Assembly (NCBI GenBank): GCA_964187785.1
Contig: OZ076409.1
Location: 71,798,001 to 71,862,000, forward strand
DNA length: 64,000 nt
Source: Amphiscolops sp. MND2022
Lineage: Eukaryota
Direction of reading: 5' to 3'
Shown here: positions 28,443-43,139 of the stretch, piece after piece
Layout of the letters: each line of letters opens with the position of its first letter
Position numbering within the stretch: position 1 is the first letter of the stretch
Program-made: the position numbers and the translations under genes
The notes under the pieces: generated by a model
Database searches by the model: none
Seen by the model: only the letters and a program-made list of their open reading frames with translations
Told to the model about the DNA's origin: nothing

Positions 28443-30425
28443 GTGGGCGGGGGTAATTCCCCTTCAAAAAATTCGGCCGGCGGGTTGGGTCCTGCCGGAC
28501 GTCAAATAGTGTGAAACATCCAGTAGGAAACGGCGACATTTATCAGCGATTTTAAAATTGAACCGTTAGAATTTGGACTTGGAGTGCATGCGGGCCCAAA
28601 ATGCCCATACGAATCGAAGTTCCTGCTGACGTTAAGCGATAAAAACACTTTATAAAAAGTTATGGCCCATTTTACGTTCACTTAGAGAGGTAAAATGAGG
28701 AAAATTTTAACAAAGTTGCTGATAACTCAAAATACATTAATTTTTGGACTTTGACTGTGAAACAAGCTTGGAACCTTCATTTCGTGGCTGTGGCATTGCA
28801 CTGAACACAAAAGATGTAAAGTTTTCACATTTTTTGAAAATTCGACATTTTTGAATTTTTTTCACTACTATCAGTACACTATATGTCAAAAACACCTCAG
28901 AAAAAAATTTCTATTTGCTTAAATTTAGAAACCTCGGTATCCATGGTTTCCGTCAGTACCTACTCGCAGCCAAACACTCAACAAATTGCATCCAATGTGA
29001 AAATAAAATTTTTTTCGGGGTCATAAGCGTTTCACAAGGATTTCTCAACTTAGTATTAATTTACAAAATGGTCATTTTGAACACAATATTTTCATCGAGG
29101 CTTGTCGGCTATAGCCTTAATGTTCTAGAACGGTCCCACTGGCAACGTAGGAACCATTTATAGTAATAGAAAGTTTTAAAAAAATTTTTTCATCCGGTCT
29201 TCAGTCATTTTTCAGTCATTCGGAACTTAACTTAGAAAAATTTCGACCAAAATACCCATTTTTTGTCAGGTCGAAAATTCAAATTCAGATTTTTAAGCAA
29301 AATTATTAACTCTGAAGTAACCCATGGGGCCCATGATACTCAAAACAACAATTGACACTGGTATCAATGGCTCCAATAACATATGAGTCGCGATAAGACG
29401 TTATTTTGAGCAATACGTCTCAATTGAGGTAAAGATCTCGCAAGCCAGCGATCACTGTGAAATGTGATTTCATCAAAAATTTACTCATTTTTGTCAATCA
29501 CTATGTGCACAGAATGCGTAGGGTGCGTTTCAGCACTATAATGAGGTATTTGAAAGCATCGAGTTGCTCAAGGGGTGGTATGAGACCTTTTTGTCCCATA
29601 TACTTCTGTATTTTCCAAAATTTTTAGCCCAATATCTGGAAATACAAACATGACAAAATACTTTCAACTACTTTATTCAAAGGTTACAATATAGATGAAC
29701 ACTGTGGTTGATCAGAAACTTTCATCTCTTTCGTTTTCCGAAATATTTCCCTTCGCATGTGTTACATTTGTAGCAGAAAAAAAATCGATACAGAAAAATA
29801 CGCTATTTTGCTAATATAGAATCGCAATGATTGTGCCTAAAAACTCTTTAAACACTTCTAACGCGACCTTACGCACCCAAAAAGATCGAAAAGGCTATTC
29901 ACAATGGTGACTTGTGCTCTTTCAACGATCCTGACTGAACAATTTTCGCAAATTATTCAAGTACCTGTTAACTGAATCTCGTGATAGCCTTTTAAGTTGG
30001 CCTTGTGTCAACTTGGGAAGGCTATCACATCAAAAAATTTTCAACAAAAATACTTTTTGTTTATTGAAAATGACAGTCGATATATAATTTCGTGATTCTA
30101 TGCTACCGTTAGTACCTTCCATTAAGTCACCTGACGATTGCATTCAGTCTTTGATAAATACCTATGAACTCGAAGTCATATTTATAAATTTTTTGCTAAA
30201 AATAAACATCAAAATTATCCAAATTTATTAAAATTGAGTCTTTATTGTTTTTGTTTTTCTTTTTCTACTGTTATTAGGCCCATCAACTTCCTACAGCCAC
30301 GCTCTCTGTCATACTGTACAACGCCACATAGTGTTGCGACGTGCACGGTCTGTGGGCATGCCGAGGCATGCCCTTCGACGACGTATGCCGAATACCGCGG
30401 GCCTACGCCCGCGCTCCCCGGCTAG
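28443..30425 (+). mobile_element. Unit U10, 1983 bp, 2 kb family, alpha end
   Basis: Near-identical to U21. Confidence 0.6.
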
Positions 30426-33400
30426 GTGGGCGGGGGTAATTCCCCAACAAAAAAATCGGCCGGCGGGTCGGGTCCTGCCGGCCGTCCAAAATCAAAATCC
30501 TCCTAGTAGAAAACGGCCGGTCAAACGAGCTATTTTTTTATTTAACCGTTAGAATTTGGGTTTAGATTGCATGCGGCCATGAAATGGCCATACGAATGGA
30601 AGTTCCTGCTGACGTTTTGCGATTGAAACACTTTATAAAAAGTTATGGCCAATTTGTCATTCACCTAGAAGGGCAAAATGAGGAAAATTTTAACAAAGTC
30701 ACTGATAACTCAAAATGTAATAATTTTTGGACTTTGACAGTGAAACAAGCTTGGAACTGTCATTTCGTGGCTGTGGCATTGCACTGAACACAAAAGATGT
30801 AAAGTTTTCACATTTTTTGAAAATTCGACATTTTTGAATTTTTTTCACTACTATCAGTACATTATATGTCAAAAACGCCTCTGAAAAAAATTTTTATTTG
30901 CTTAAAATTAGAAACCTTGGTATCCATGGTTTCCGTCAGTACCTACTCGCTGCCAAACGCTCAACAGTTTGCATCCAATGTGAAAATATAATTTTTTTCG
31001 AGGTCATAGGTGTTTCACAAGGATTTCTCAACTTAGTATCTATTTACAAATTGGTCATTTTGAACACATTATTTTCATCGAAGCGTGTCAGATACCACCC
31101 TAATGCTCACGAATGGGCCTACTGGCAACGTTGGAACCATTTTTAGTAATAGAAAGTATAAAAAAAATATTTTCACCCGGTCTTCAGTCATTTTTCAGAC
31201 ATTCGGTACTTAACTTAGAAAAATTTCGCATCAAAAACCCATATTTGGTAGGGTCGAAATTTGAAAGTCAGTTTTTTATGCAAAATTATTAACTCTGACG
31301 TAACCAGTGGAGCCCATGATACTCAAAAACACGATTGGGACTGGTATCAGTGGCTCCAATAACATATGAGCCGCGATAAGACGTTATTCAGAGCAAACGC
31401 TCTAAATCGAAGTAAACATCTCTGAAGCCTGGGATCACAGTGAAATGTGATATCACCAAAAGTTTACTCTTTTTTGTCAATCACTATGTACACAGAGTGC
31501 GTAGGGTGAGTTTCAGGACTATAATGAGGTTTTTGAAGTAATCGCGCTGCTCAAGGGGTGGTATGAGACTATTTTTTCCCATATACTACTACATTTCCAT
31601 AAATTTGCAGTCCATTGTCTTGGAAAGATAACTTCACAAAAACAATTTTTCTACTCTATTCAGTTATTAGAATAAAGTTGAACACTGTGGTTGATCAGAA
31701 ATGCTCAATTCTTTTGGTTTTTAAAAAAATTCCTTCGCATTCGTTACATTTGTGGAAGGAAGGTTATCAGTAGCTCCAAAAAAAACGAAATTTAGCACGA
31801 ACAGACATGCAACGATGCAAAGCAAAAACGTTTTTACAACTTCCGACGTCATTATTTTACCCAAGAAGTTCGAAAATATCATTCGCAATGCTGTCATTCG
31901 CTATATATACGATCGCGGTCAATTTACAAACATTAAGATTTCATTGTTCTGCTTGAAAACCAATTTTTGTCAGGTCGAAATTTTAAATTTTGCCTGGGGA
32001 GCAATACCCTTCACGCTGAAGTAAACAGTGGGGCCCAAGTTACTCAAAAACAAGAAAGAGACTGCTACAATATGTCCTAATAACATATGGACCACGATAG
32101 TACGTTTTTCACACAAAAAACTCTCATCCGAAGTAAATATGTTGAAAGCTTTTAATCACCGTGAGAAGTGATTTCATCAAAAAATAACTCTTTTTTGTCA
32201 ATCACTATTTACACAGAATTTGTAAAGTTAGTTTGAGTCATGAAATGAGGCTTTACCGTAATATGGGTTGCTCAAGGTGTTATATAAGACAAAAACTTCC
32301 TCTTTTCTACTAGCTTCTTCAAATATTTCAACCCTTTGTCACAATAAGTTAATATTCAAAATCTCTTTGAAATGTATCTTTATGTTGGGGTGAAGTCTAA
32401 GAACAATAACTATGATCGAAGAATGCTAGTACTGGTGTTTGAACCATGTCCGGATGAACAAATCACAAAATCATCAAAAAATTGTTCCCTTTTTTGGTTA
32501 TTTTGGCAGTACTAAAAATGTTAGCCGATAAATAATTTTTTCGATCGCACCATTGGATTCCTCTCAAAAAGTTGGTTATATGACCTGTGTAATAACCCCG
32601 TATCTTTTCAATTTAAATATATTTAAAAAGCCAACTATTTTGACCAAAATCCTAAAAATCATACCATTTCCTAAAAATTTTCAAATGCACCCCATTTGAC
32701 GTATAAGATAAGCACATAAAACTATCATATACCGATCAACTCTACTCCTATTGTAGATTATTAGAATTTTGTTTAGAATGAATTTTGATGAATATTAAAA
32801 AAATTTTGAACCCTCCAAAAATGGGCCAAAATTACACGAAAAAATTGACCTTAAAATACCAAAATGTCAAAAAATCATCAAAACCCAGGCTTCTTGGGGT
32901 TCTATCAACTCCGCGTGGTCCACAGAGTATGCTAAAACAGGTTTTAATCGTTTTTGAGCAATATGTGAAAAAACCGACATTTTTGGGAAAGAAAAACATA
33001 CCATTTCCTAAAAAAATTCAAATGCACGTCATTTGCCGTATTAGAATAGCACAGAAAACTATCACATACCAATCAACTCTACTTTCATTGCAGATGAACA
33101 GAATTTTGTTTAGAATAAATTTTACCGGATAATAAAAAAATTTGAATACTTCAAAAATGGGCCAAAAATACACGAAAAAATGGACCTTAAAAATTTAAAA
33201 TGTCAAAAAATCATCAAAACAACAGCTTCTTGGGGTTCTATCAACTCCACGAGGTCCACAGAGTATGCTAAAACAGGTTTTACCCGTTTTTGAGCAATAT
33301 GTGAAAAAGCCGACATTTTTGGGAAAGAAAAACATACCATTTCCTAAAAAAATTCAAATGCACGCCATTTGCCGTATGAAAATAGCACAGAAAACTATCA

Positions 33401-35185
33401 CATACCAATCAACTCTACTTTCATTGCAGATGAACAGAATTTTGTTTAGAATAAATTTTACCGGGTAATAAAAAAATTTGATTCCTTCTAAAATGGGCCA
33501 AAATTACACGAAAAAATGGACCTTAAAATTTTAAAATGTCAAAAAATCATCAAAACCACGGCTTCTTGGGGTTCTATCAACTCCACGTGGTCCACAGAGT
33601 ATGCTTAACCCGGTTTTACCCATCTTTGAGCAAAATGTGAAAATACCGACATTTTTGGAAAAGAAAAACATGCCATTTTCTAATAAATTTCAAATGCACG
33701 CCATTTGCTGTATGAGAATAACACAGAAAGCTGTCACATACCGATCAACTCTACTTCCATTGTAGATTATCAGAAGTTTGTTTAGAATAAATTTTGAAGG
33801 ATAATAAAAAAATTTGAATCCATCAAAAATGGGCCAAAATTACACGAAAAAATTGACCTTAAAATGTCAAAATGTCAAAAAATCATCAAAACGACAATTT
33901 CTTGGCGTTCTATCAACTCCATATGATACCAAACCAGGTACTGCCAATCGTTTGAGTTATAATAAAAAAACGTCTTTTTTGGCAAGAATTCCATACCATA
34001 AATAATAATCATGTTCCATATAAGAAGCGAATCATTTCAGATATATACCCTGTTCATTTTTTTAATATTACCGATTATTAATTTAATAGATGTTTTGAAT
34101 GTGAGCTTCCTAAAAGGTTCAGGTGTGATGATAATTAAATAGAACCTTAGTTTCATCGAAATCTCAATTGAATATGTCCAATCTTAACCATCAGATAACA
34201 AGAAACACTTCAGTACATTCCATCTCCCCATCGGGGGAGATGAGAATGTACTTTCGAGAAGCCAAATACGTCCAACATTCAAACTTTTTTAACTTTGTAT
34301 GTAACTCCTGAAACGAAGAAGGAATAAAATTGTTTCTGGTACATACATGAGTCTTTACTTCAGCTTCTATTTCTGCTGAACAAAACCATTCGACTCTTTT
34401 GCCGGAGTTAAGATCGATTGTATTACCCAGTGAACAAAGGCATGACTGAAAACGTTTACTACTTTGTTCATAATTTTCCGGCCTTCCGAAATGATGAAAC
34501 GTCCACATAACTAAGATAGCAAGTGAATGACTGCGAAATGCACCTTATTAGATGAGGTAAATAACGTGTAAAACTCTCCTTTATCCTAACATGAGGTTGA
34601 GTAATGATCATTTGAGAATAGTTTGATATGTGAATACAATAGTATAAAACAAGTACATTTTATATGAATAACGCCGTGGAAAGCGTTCAGAAAGGACAGT
34701 AGGCTTGTTTGGAACATGTATGTGTGGTGTCCCTTGGTGGCGTTCGCTTAGTGTATATGTCGAGGGGTATTCGAGTTGTTATGATAGAATTTACACACAA
34801 GTCTTTTGTTTTTTGGTTTTTTTACAATGTCGTTAAGTACCTGCATTCTATCCCCTTCTCAGAGATGACGTGAAGTTACGTTTGCTAAATAAATGTCATC
34901 GAAAGATCACACTCCCGACGAAATTAACTATCTTAACACGTGTTTAGAATTTTAAATAAACAACCGTATAAGATTTTTATATTTCATTGAGTTTGATGAA
35001 GTCTTTTGTTCTTCTCACTACTATTTCAACCAATACACATATCCGTTACCATATCACATGTCTCCATTAGTACAACGCCACATAGCGTTCCGACGCCCAC
35101 AGTCTGTGGGCATGCCGAGGCATGCCCTTCGACGACGTATGGCAAATGGAGCCATGCCCGCCGTCTTTACGGCGGTAGCGGCTAG
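30426..35185 (+). mobile_element. Unit U11, 4760 bp, long type L1
   Basis: Near-identical to U4 and U6. Confidence 0.6.
32658..33925 (+). repeat. ~336 bp internal tandem repeat (U11)
   Basis: Same anchors and spacing as in U4. Confidence 0.9.
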
Positions 35186-37170
35186 GTGGGCGGGGGTAAT
35201 TCCCCAACAAAAATTACGGCCGGCGGGTTGGGTCCTGCCGGACGTTCAAATAGCGCGAAGCATCTAGTAGAAAACAAGGAGTCCTGAAACAGCGATTTTA
35301 AAATTGAACCGTTAGAATTTGGTTTTAGATTGCATGCGGCCCTAAAATCCCCATACGAATGGAAGTTCCTGCTGGCGTTAAGCGATTGAAATAATATATA
35401 AAAAGTTATGGCCCATTTTTGGGTCATCGAGAAGGGCAAAATGAGGAAAATTTTAACTAAGTTGCTGATAACTCAAAATGTGTTAATTTTTGGACTTTGA
35501 CTGTGAAACAAGCTCGGAACCTTCATTTCGTGGCTGTGGCATTGCACTGAACACAAAAGATGTAAAGTTTTTACATTTTTTGAAAATTCGACATTTTTGA
35601 ATTTTTTTTCACTAGTATCAGTACCCCATATGTCAAAAACGCCTCAGAAAAAAATTTTTATTTGCTTTAAACTGGAAACCTTGGTATCCATGGTTTCTGT
35701 CGGAACCTACTCGCTGCCAAACACCCAACAGTTTGCATCCAATGTGAAAATAAAATTTTTTTCTGGGTCATAAGCGTTTCACAAGGATTTCTCAACTTAG
35801 TATTAATTTACAAAATGGTCATTTTGAACACAAAATTTTCATCGAGGCTTGTCGGCTATAGCCTTAATGTTCTAGAACGGTCCCATTGGCAACGTAGGAA
35901 CCATTTATAGTAATAGAAAGTTTTAAAAAAATATTTTCACCCGGTCTTCAGTCATTTTTCAGTCATTCGGAACTTAACTTAGAAAAATTTCGACCAAAAT
36001 ATCCATTTTTTGTCAGGTCGAAAAATCAAATTCAGATTTTTAAGCAAAATTATTAACTCTGACGTAACCCATGGGGCCCATGATACTCAAAACAACGATT
36101 GACACTGGTATCAATGGCTCCAATAACATATGAGTCGCGATAAGACGTTATTTTGAGCATTACGTCTCAATTGAGGTAAAGATCTCGCAAGCCAGCGATC
36201 ACTGTGAAATGTGATTTCATCAAAAATTTACTCTTTTTTGTCAATCACTATGTGCACAGAATGCGTAGGGTGCGTTTCAGCACTATAATGAGGTTTTTGA
36301 AGGCATCGAGTTGCTCAAGGGGTGGTATGAGACATTTTTGTCCCATATACTACTGTATTTTCCAAAATTTTTAGCCCAATATCTGGAAATACAAACTTGA
36401 CAAAATACTTTCAACTACTTTATTCAAAGGTTACAATATAGATGAACACTGTGGTTGATCAGAAACTTTCATCTCTTTCGTTTTCCGAAATATTTCCCTT
36501 CGCATGTGTTACATTCGTAGCAGAAAAAAAATCGAAACTGAAAAATACGCAATTTTGCTAATATAGAATCGCAATGATTGTGCCTAAAAACTCTTTAAAC
36601 ACTTCTAATGCAACTTTACGCACCCAAATTGATCGAAAATGCTATTCACAATGGTGACATGTGCTCTTTCTACGATCCTGGCTGGACAAGGTTTGCATAT
36701 TTTTCAAGTACCTGTCAGCTAAATCTTGTGATAGCCTTTTCAGTTGGCCTTGTGTCAACTTGGGAAGGCTATCACATCAAAAAACCATCAACAAAAATAA
36801 TTCTCGTTTATTGGATCTTACAGTCGATACTTTTTTCGTGATTCTATACTACCGTTAGTATATTTCATCAGGTCACCTTACGATTGCATTCAGTCTTTGA
36901 TAAAAACCTATGAACTCAAAGTCACATTTATATATTTTTTTGCCAAAAAAACATCAAAAATATCTAAAATATATGAAATAGAGTCTTTAACATTTTTACA
37001 TTTAAAGTTTCTGCCGTTATTAGGCCCATCAACTTCCTACAGCCACGCTCTCTGTCATTAGTACAACGCCACATAGTGTTGCGACGTGCACGGTCTGTGG
37101 GCATGCCGAGGCATGCCCTTCGACGACGTATGCCGAATACCGCGGGCCTACGCCCGCGCTCCCCGGCTAG
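35186..37170 (+). mobile_element. Unit U12, 1985 bp, 2 kb family, alpha end
   Basis: 5' module (ggacgttcaaatagcgcgaagc) shared with U19. Confidence 0.6.
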
Positions 37171-39159
37171 GTGGGCGGGGGTAATTCCCCAACAAAAATT
37201 ACGGCCGGCGGGTAGGGTCCTGCCGGACGTCAAATAGTGTGAAACATCCAGTAGGAAACGGCGACATAAATCAGCGATTTTAAAATTTAACCGTTAGAAT
37301 TCGGACTTGGAGTGCATGCGGCCCCAAAATGCCCATACGAATCGAAGTTCCGCTGACGTTAAGCGATAAAAACATTTTATAAAAAGTTATGGCCAATTTT
37401 TGGTCCCCATTAGATGTAAAAATGATGAAATTTTTCATAAAAGGGCAAATATCTCAAAATGCAATAATTTTTAGACATTGACTGTGAAACAAGCTTGGAA
37501 CCTTCATTTCGTGGCTTTGGCATTGCACTGAACACAAAAGATGTAAAATTTTTACATTTTTCGAAAATTCGACATTTTTGATTTTTTTTCACTTCTATCA
37601 GTACACTATATGTCAAAAACACCTCTGAAAAAAATTATTATTTGCTTAAAATTGGAAACCTTGGTATCCATGGTTTCTGTCGGAACCTACTCGCTGCCAA
37701 ACACCCAACAGTTTGCATCCAATGTGAATTTAAAATTTTTTTCGAGGTCATAAGGGTTTCACAAGGTTTTCATAACTTAGTATTAAACTACAAACTGGTC
37801 ATTTTCAACATAATATCTTTGTCGAGGCATGTCGGATATAGTCCTATTGCTCTCGAACGGTCCTACTGGCAACGTAATAACCATTTATAGAAAATTAAAG
37901 TTATAAAAATTTTTTTTCACCCGGTCTTCAGTCATTTTTCAGTCATTCGGAACTTAACTTAGAAAAATTTCGACCAAAATATCCATTTTTTGTCAGGTCG
38001 AAAAATCAAATTCAGATTTTTAAGCAAAATTATTAACTCTGACGTAACCCATGGGGCCCATGATACTCAAAACAACGATTGACACTGGTATCAATGGCTC
38101 CAATAACATATGAGTCGCGATAAGACGTTATTTTGAGCATTACGTCTCAATTGAGGTAAAGATCTCGCAAGCCAGCGATCACTGTGAAATGTGATTTCAT
38201 CAAAAATTTACTCTTTTTTGTCAATCACTATGTGCACAGAATGCGTAGGGTGCGTTTCAGCACTATAATGAGGTTTTTGAAGGCATCGAGTTGCTCAAGG
38301 GGTGGTATGAGACATTTTTGTCCCATATACTACTGTATTTTCCAAAATTTTTAGCCCAATATCTGGAAATACAAACTTGACAAAATACTTTCAACTACTT
38401 TATTCAAAGGTTACAATATAGATGAACACTGTGGTTGATCAGAAACTTTCATCTCTTTCGTTTTCCGAAATATTTTCCTTCGCATGTGTTACATTCGTAG
38501 CAGAAAAAAAAATCGAAACTGAAAAATACGCAATTTTGCTAATATAGAATCGCAATGATTGTGCCTAAAAACTCTTTAAACACTTCTAACGGAACCTTAC
38601 GCACCCAAAATGATCGAAAATGCTATTCACAATGGTGACATGTGCTCTTTCTACGATCCTGGCGGGACAAGGTTTGCATATTTTTCAAGTACCTGTCAGC
38701 TAAATCTTGTGATAGCCTTTTCAGTTGGCCTTGTGTCAACTTGGGAAGGCTATCACATCAAAAAAACCATCAACAAAATTAATTTTTGTTTATTGGATCT
38801 TACAGTCGATACTTTTTTTCGTGATTCTATACTACCGTTAGTATATTTCATCAGGTCACCTTACGATTGCATTCAGTCTTTGATAAAAACCTATGAACTC
38901 AAAGTCACATTTATATATTTTTTTGACAAAAAGAACATCAAAAAGTTCTAAAATATATAAAATAGAGTCTTTAACATTTTTACATTTCAAGTTTCTGCCG
39001 TTATTAAGCCAATCAACGTCCTAGAGCCACATCCTGTCATACTGTACAACGCCACATAGTGTTGCGACGCCCACAGTCTGTGGGCATGCCGAGGCATGCC
39101 CTTCGACGACGTATGGCAATTTTAGCGTAGCCCGCGGTCACTACCGCGGTAGCAGCTAG
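37171..39159 (+). mobile_element. Unit U13, 1989 bp, 2 kb family, beta end on an alpha-type flank (mosaic)
   Basis: Junction-bounded; A hairpin present. Confidence 0.6.
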
Positions 39160-41152
39160 GTGGGCGGTAGGTTTCCCGTAGTCAAAAAAAAATTGCAGGC
39201 CGGGGTAGGGGCCCTGGCCGAGGCAAAATACCATAGAAAAGGTACCAAATTATGTGAGTTTAGAAAATTGAGCCATACAAATTCTCTGAAAATTGCTGTG
39301 TGTACCCTATCGCCCAATCTAAGAACTTTTTCCTGCTGACGTTTTGCTCTCCAAATGTTACTAATATGACTTTTTGAAAAATTTATCTCTCGTTTTTCAT
39401 CACAAATAGTGATTTTGGCAATTTTTGTGAAATATCTCTGATTGCATTAATTTTTGGACGTTGACTGTGAAACAAGGTCGGAACCATCATTTCGTGACCA
39501 TGGCAATGCACTAAACACAAAAGATGTAGAGTTTTTAAATTTTTTGAAAATTTGACATTTTTAAATTTTTTCCACTACTATCAGTACCATATATGTCAAA
39601 ATAACCTCAGAAAAATTTTTTTATTTTATTTAATTTAGAATCCTTGCTATCCATGGTTTCTGTTAGTATCTACTCGCTGCCAGAGACTCAACAGTTAGCA
39701 TCGAATCTGAAATTAAAAATTTTTTCGAGGTCATAGGTGTTTCACAAGGATTTCACAACATAGTCTTGTTTTACAAATAGGTCATTTACAACATCATATT
39801 TTCATCGAGGCATGTCGGATATAGTCTTATTGCTCACGAACGGTCCTACTGGCAACGTAATAACCATTTATAGAAATATAAAGTTTTAAAAAAATCTTTT
39901 CACCCGTTCTTCAGACATTTTTCAGACGTTCGGAACTTAACTTAGAAAAATTTCGTCTCAAAAACCCATTTTTCGTCGGGTCGAAATTTGAAATTCAGCT
40001 TTTGAAGCACAAATATGCACTCTGACGTAACCAGTAGGGCCAATGATACTCAACAACACCATTGAGACTGGTATCAGTCGCTCCAAAAACATATGACCCG
40101 TGATAAGACGTTTTTTCAACAATACTGTTCAATTGATGTAAACATCGCGGAAGCCTTGGATTACAGTGAAAGTTGATTTGAACGAAAATTTACTCTTTTT
40201 TGTCAATCACTATGTAGACAGAATGCGTAGGGTAAGTTTCAGCACAAATATGAAGATGTTGAAGGAATCGGGTTGCTCAAGGCGTGGTATGAGACACTTT
40301 TTTCTCATATACTAGTGTTTTTCAAAACCTTTTCGTTAAATATCTCGAAAAGCAAACATTAAAAAATACTTTCTGATATCTAATTTAATTCCTAGAATAT
40401 TAATGAATCATGTGGTTGATCAGAAACTCTCTACTTTAATGTTTCCAGAAAAAAATCCCTTCCCATGTTTTATATCTGTAGCAGTAAAAAAAGTAGACGC
40501 TAAAAAATACGCTATTTTGCTAAGATTGAATTGCAATTGTTTAGCTTTAAAACTCTTTTAATACGTCTAACGCCACCTTAAGGACTCAAGATGATTGAAA
40601 ATGTCAATCACAATGCTGACATGTAGTCTTTCTACGATCCTGGCTGGACAGATTTTGATTATTTTTCAGGTACCTGTTAACTGAATCTCGTGATAGCCTT
40701 CTAAGTTGACCTTCTGCGTCAACTTGAGAAGGCTATCACTAAAATAAACTAAATTCTGATTTGTATGTTTGTTCCTAACGTCTTTTGGTACGATCGTCTT
40801 ACGGTTAGTTGGTTAAACCAGGTCGCTTATACTTCCACAATTTTCGACCACCGTGCGTGTATTCGGTTCACACGACTTTACATTTTCAGTCGTTTGTTTT
40901 CGATAACTATCACAATGTACTGCCATTAGCGCAAAATTCATACTAGTACTTGGTTGGTTGAAATACTTAAACAACTGTTTCCATAGTTATTCGCGGTGAT
41001 GGTACAATCCGCGCGCCTACATACCTACGGCGTCTTGTCACTACAACGCCACATAGGGAAACAACGCCCATAGTCCGTAGGCATGCCGAGGCATGCCTTT
41101 CGACGACGCGCGCCAAATCTATGCGCGCCCGCACTTGTGCGGTAGCTGCTAG
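39160..41152 (+). mobile_element. Unit U14, 1993 bp, divergent 2 kb family member with a U1-like 3' end
   Basis: Distinct first ~270 bp and a distinct region after the A hairpin; ends cgacgacgcgcgccaaa..gcgcgcccgcac like U1. Confidence 0.6.
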
Positions 41153-43139
41153 GTGGGCGGGGGTAATTCCCCTTCAAAAAATTCGGCCGGCGGGTTGGGT
41201 CCTGCCGGACGTCAAATAGTGTGAAACATCCAGTAGGAAACGGCGACATTTATCAGCGATTTTAAAATTTAACCGTTAGAATTCGGACTTGGAGTGCATG
41301 CGGCCCCAAAATGCCCATACGAATCGAAGTTCCTGCTGACGTTAAGCGATAAAAACATTTTATAAAAAGTTATGGCCCATTTTACGTTCACCTATAAGGG
41401 TAAAATGAGGAAAATTTTTACAAAGTCGCTGATAACTCAAAATACATTATTTTTTGGACTTTGACTGTGAAACAAGCTTAGAACCTTCATTTCGTGGCTG
41501 TGGCATTGCACTGAACACAAAAGATGTAAAGTTTTTACATTTTTCGAAAATTCGACATTTTTGATTTTTTTTTCACTACTATCAGTACACTATATGTCAA
41601 AAACACCTCTGAAAAAAATTATTATTTGCTTAAAATTGGAAACCTTGGTATCCATGGTTTCTGTCGGAACCTACTCGCTGCCAAACACCCAACAGTTTGC
41701 ATCCAATGTGATTTTAAAATTTTTTTCGAGGTCATAAGGGTTTCACAAGGTTTTCATAACTTAGTATTAAACTACAAACTGGTCATTTTCAACATAATAT
41801 CTTTGTCGAGGCATGTCGGATATAGTCCTATTGCTCACGAACTGTCCTACTGGCAACGTAATAATCATTTATAGAAATGTAAAGTAATAAAAAAAATTTT
41901 TCACCCGGTCTTCAGTCATTTTTCAGTCATTCGGAACTTAACTTAGAAAAATTTCGACCAAAATATCCATTTTTTGTCAGGTCGAAAAATCAAATTCAGA
42001 TTTTTAAGCAAAATTATTAAATCTGACGTAACCCATGGGGCCCATGATACTCAAAACAACGATTGACACTGGTGTCAATGGCTCCAATAACATATGAGTC
42101 GCGATAAGACGTTATTTTGAGCATTACGTCTCAATTGAGGTAAAGATCTCGCAAGCCAGCGATCACTGTGAAATGTGATTTCATCAAAAATTTACTCTTT
42201 TTTGTCAATCACTATGTGCACAGAATGCGTAGGGTGCGTTTCAGCACTATAATGAGGTTTTTGAAGGCATCGAGTTGCTCAAGGGGTGGTATGAGACATT
42301 TTTGTCCCATATACTACTGTATTTTCCAAAATTTTTAGCCCAATATCTGGAAATACAAACTTGACAAAATACTTTCAACTACTTTATTCAAAGGTTACAA
42401 TATAGATGAACACTGTGGTTGATCAGAAACTTTCATCTCTTTCGTTTTCCGAAATATTTCCCTTCGCATGTGTTACATTCGTAGCACAAAAAAAAATCGA
42501 AACTGAAAAATACGCAATTTTGCTAATATAGAATCGCAATGATTTTGCCTAAAATCTCTTTAAACACTTCTAACGCAACCTTACGCACCCAAAATGATCG
42601 AAAATGCTATTCACAAGGGTGACATGTGCTCTTTCTACGATCCTGGCTGGACAAGGTTTGCATATTTTTCAAGTACCTGTCAGCTAAATCTTGTGATAGC
42701 CTTTTCAGTTGGCCTTGTGTCAACTTGGGAAGGCTATCACATCAAAAAACCATCAACAAAAATAATTTTTGTTTATTGGATCTTACAGTCGATACTTTTT
42801 TTCGTGATTCTATACTACCGTTAGTATATTTCATCAGGTCACCTTACGATTGCATTCAGTCTTTGATAAAAACCTATGAACTCAAAGTCACATTTATATA
42901 TTTTTTTGCCAGAAAATAACATCAAAAATATCTAAAATATATAAAATAGAGTCTTTAACATTTTTACGTTTCAAGTTTCTGCCGTTATTAGTCCAATCAA
43001 CGTCCTAGAGCCACATCCTGCCACATACTGTACAACGCCACATAGTGTTGCGACGTGCACAGTCTGTGGGCATGCCGAGGCATGCCCTTCGACGACGTAT
43101 GCCGAATACCGCGGGCCTACGCCCGCGCTCCCCGGCTAG
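41153..43139 (+). mobile_element. Unit U15, 1987 bp, 2 kb family, alpha end
   Basis: Junction-bounded; A hairpin present. Confidence 0.6.
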
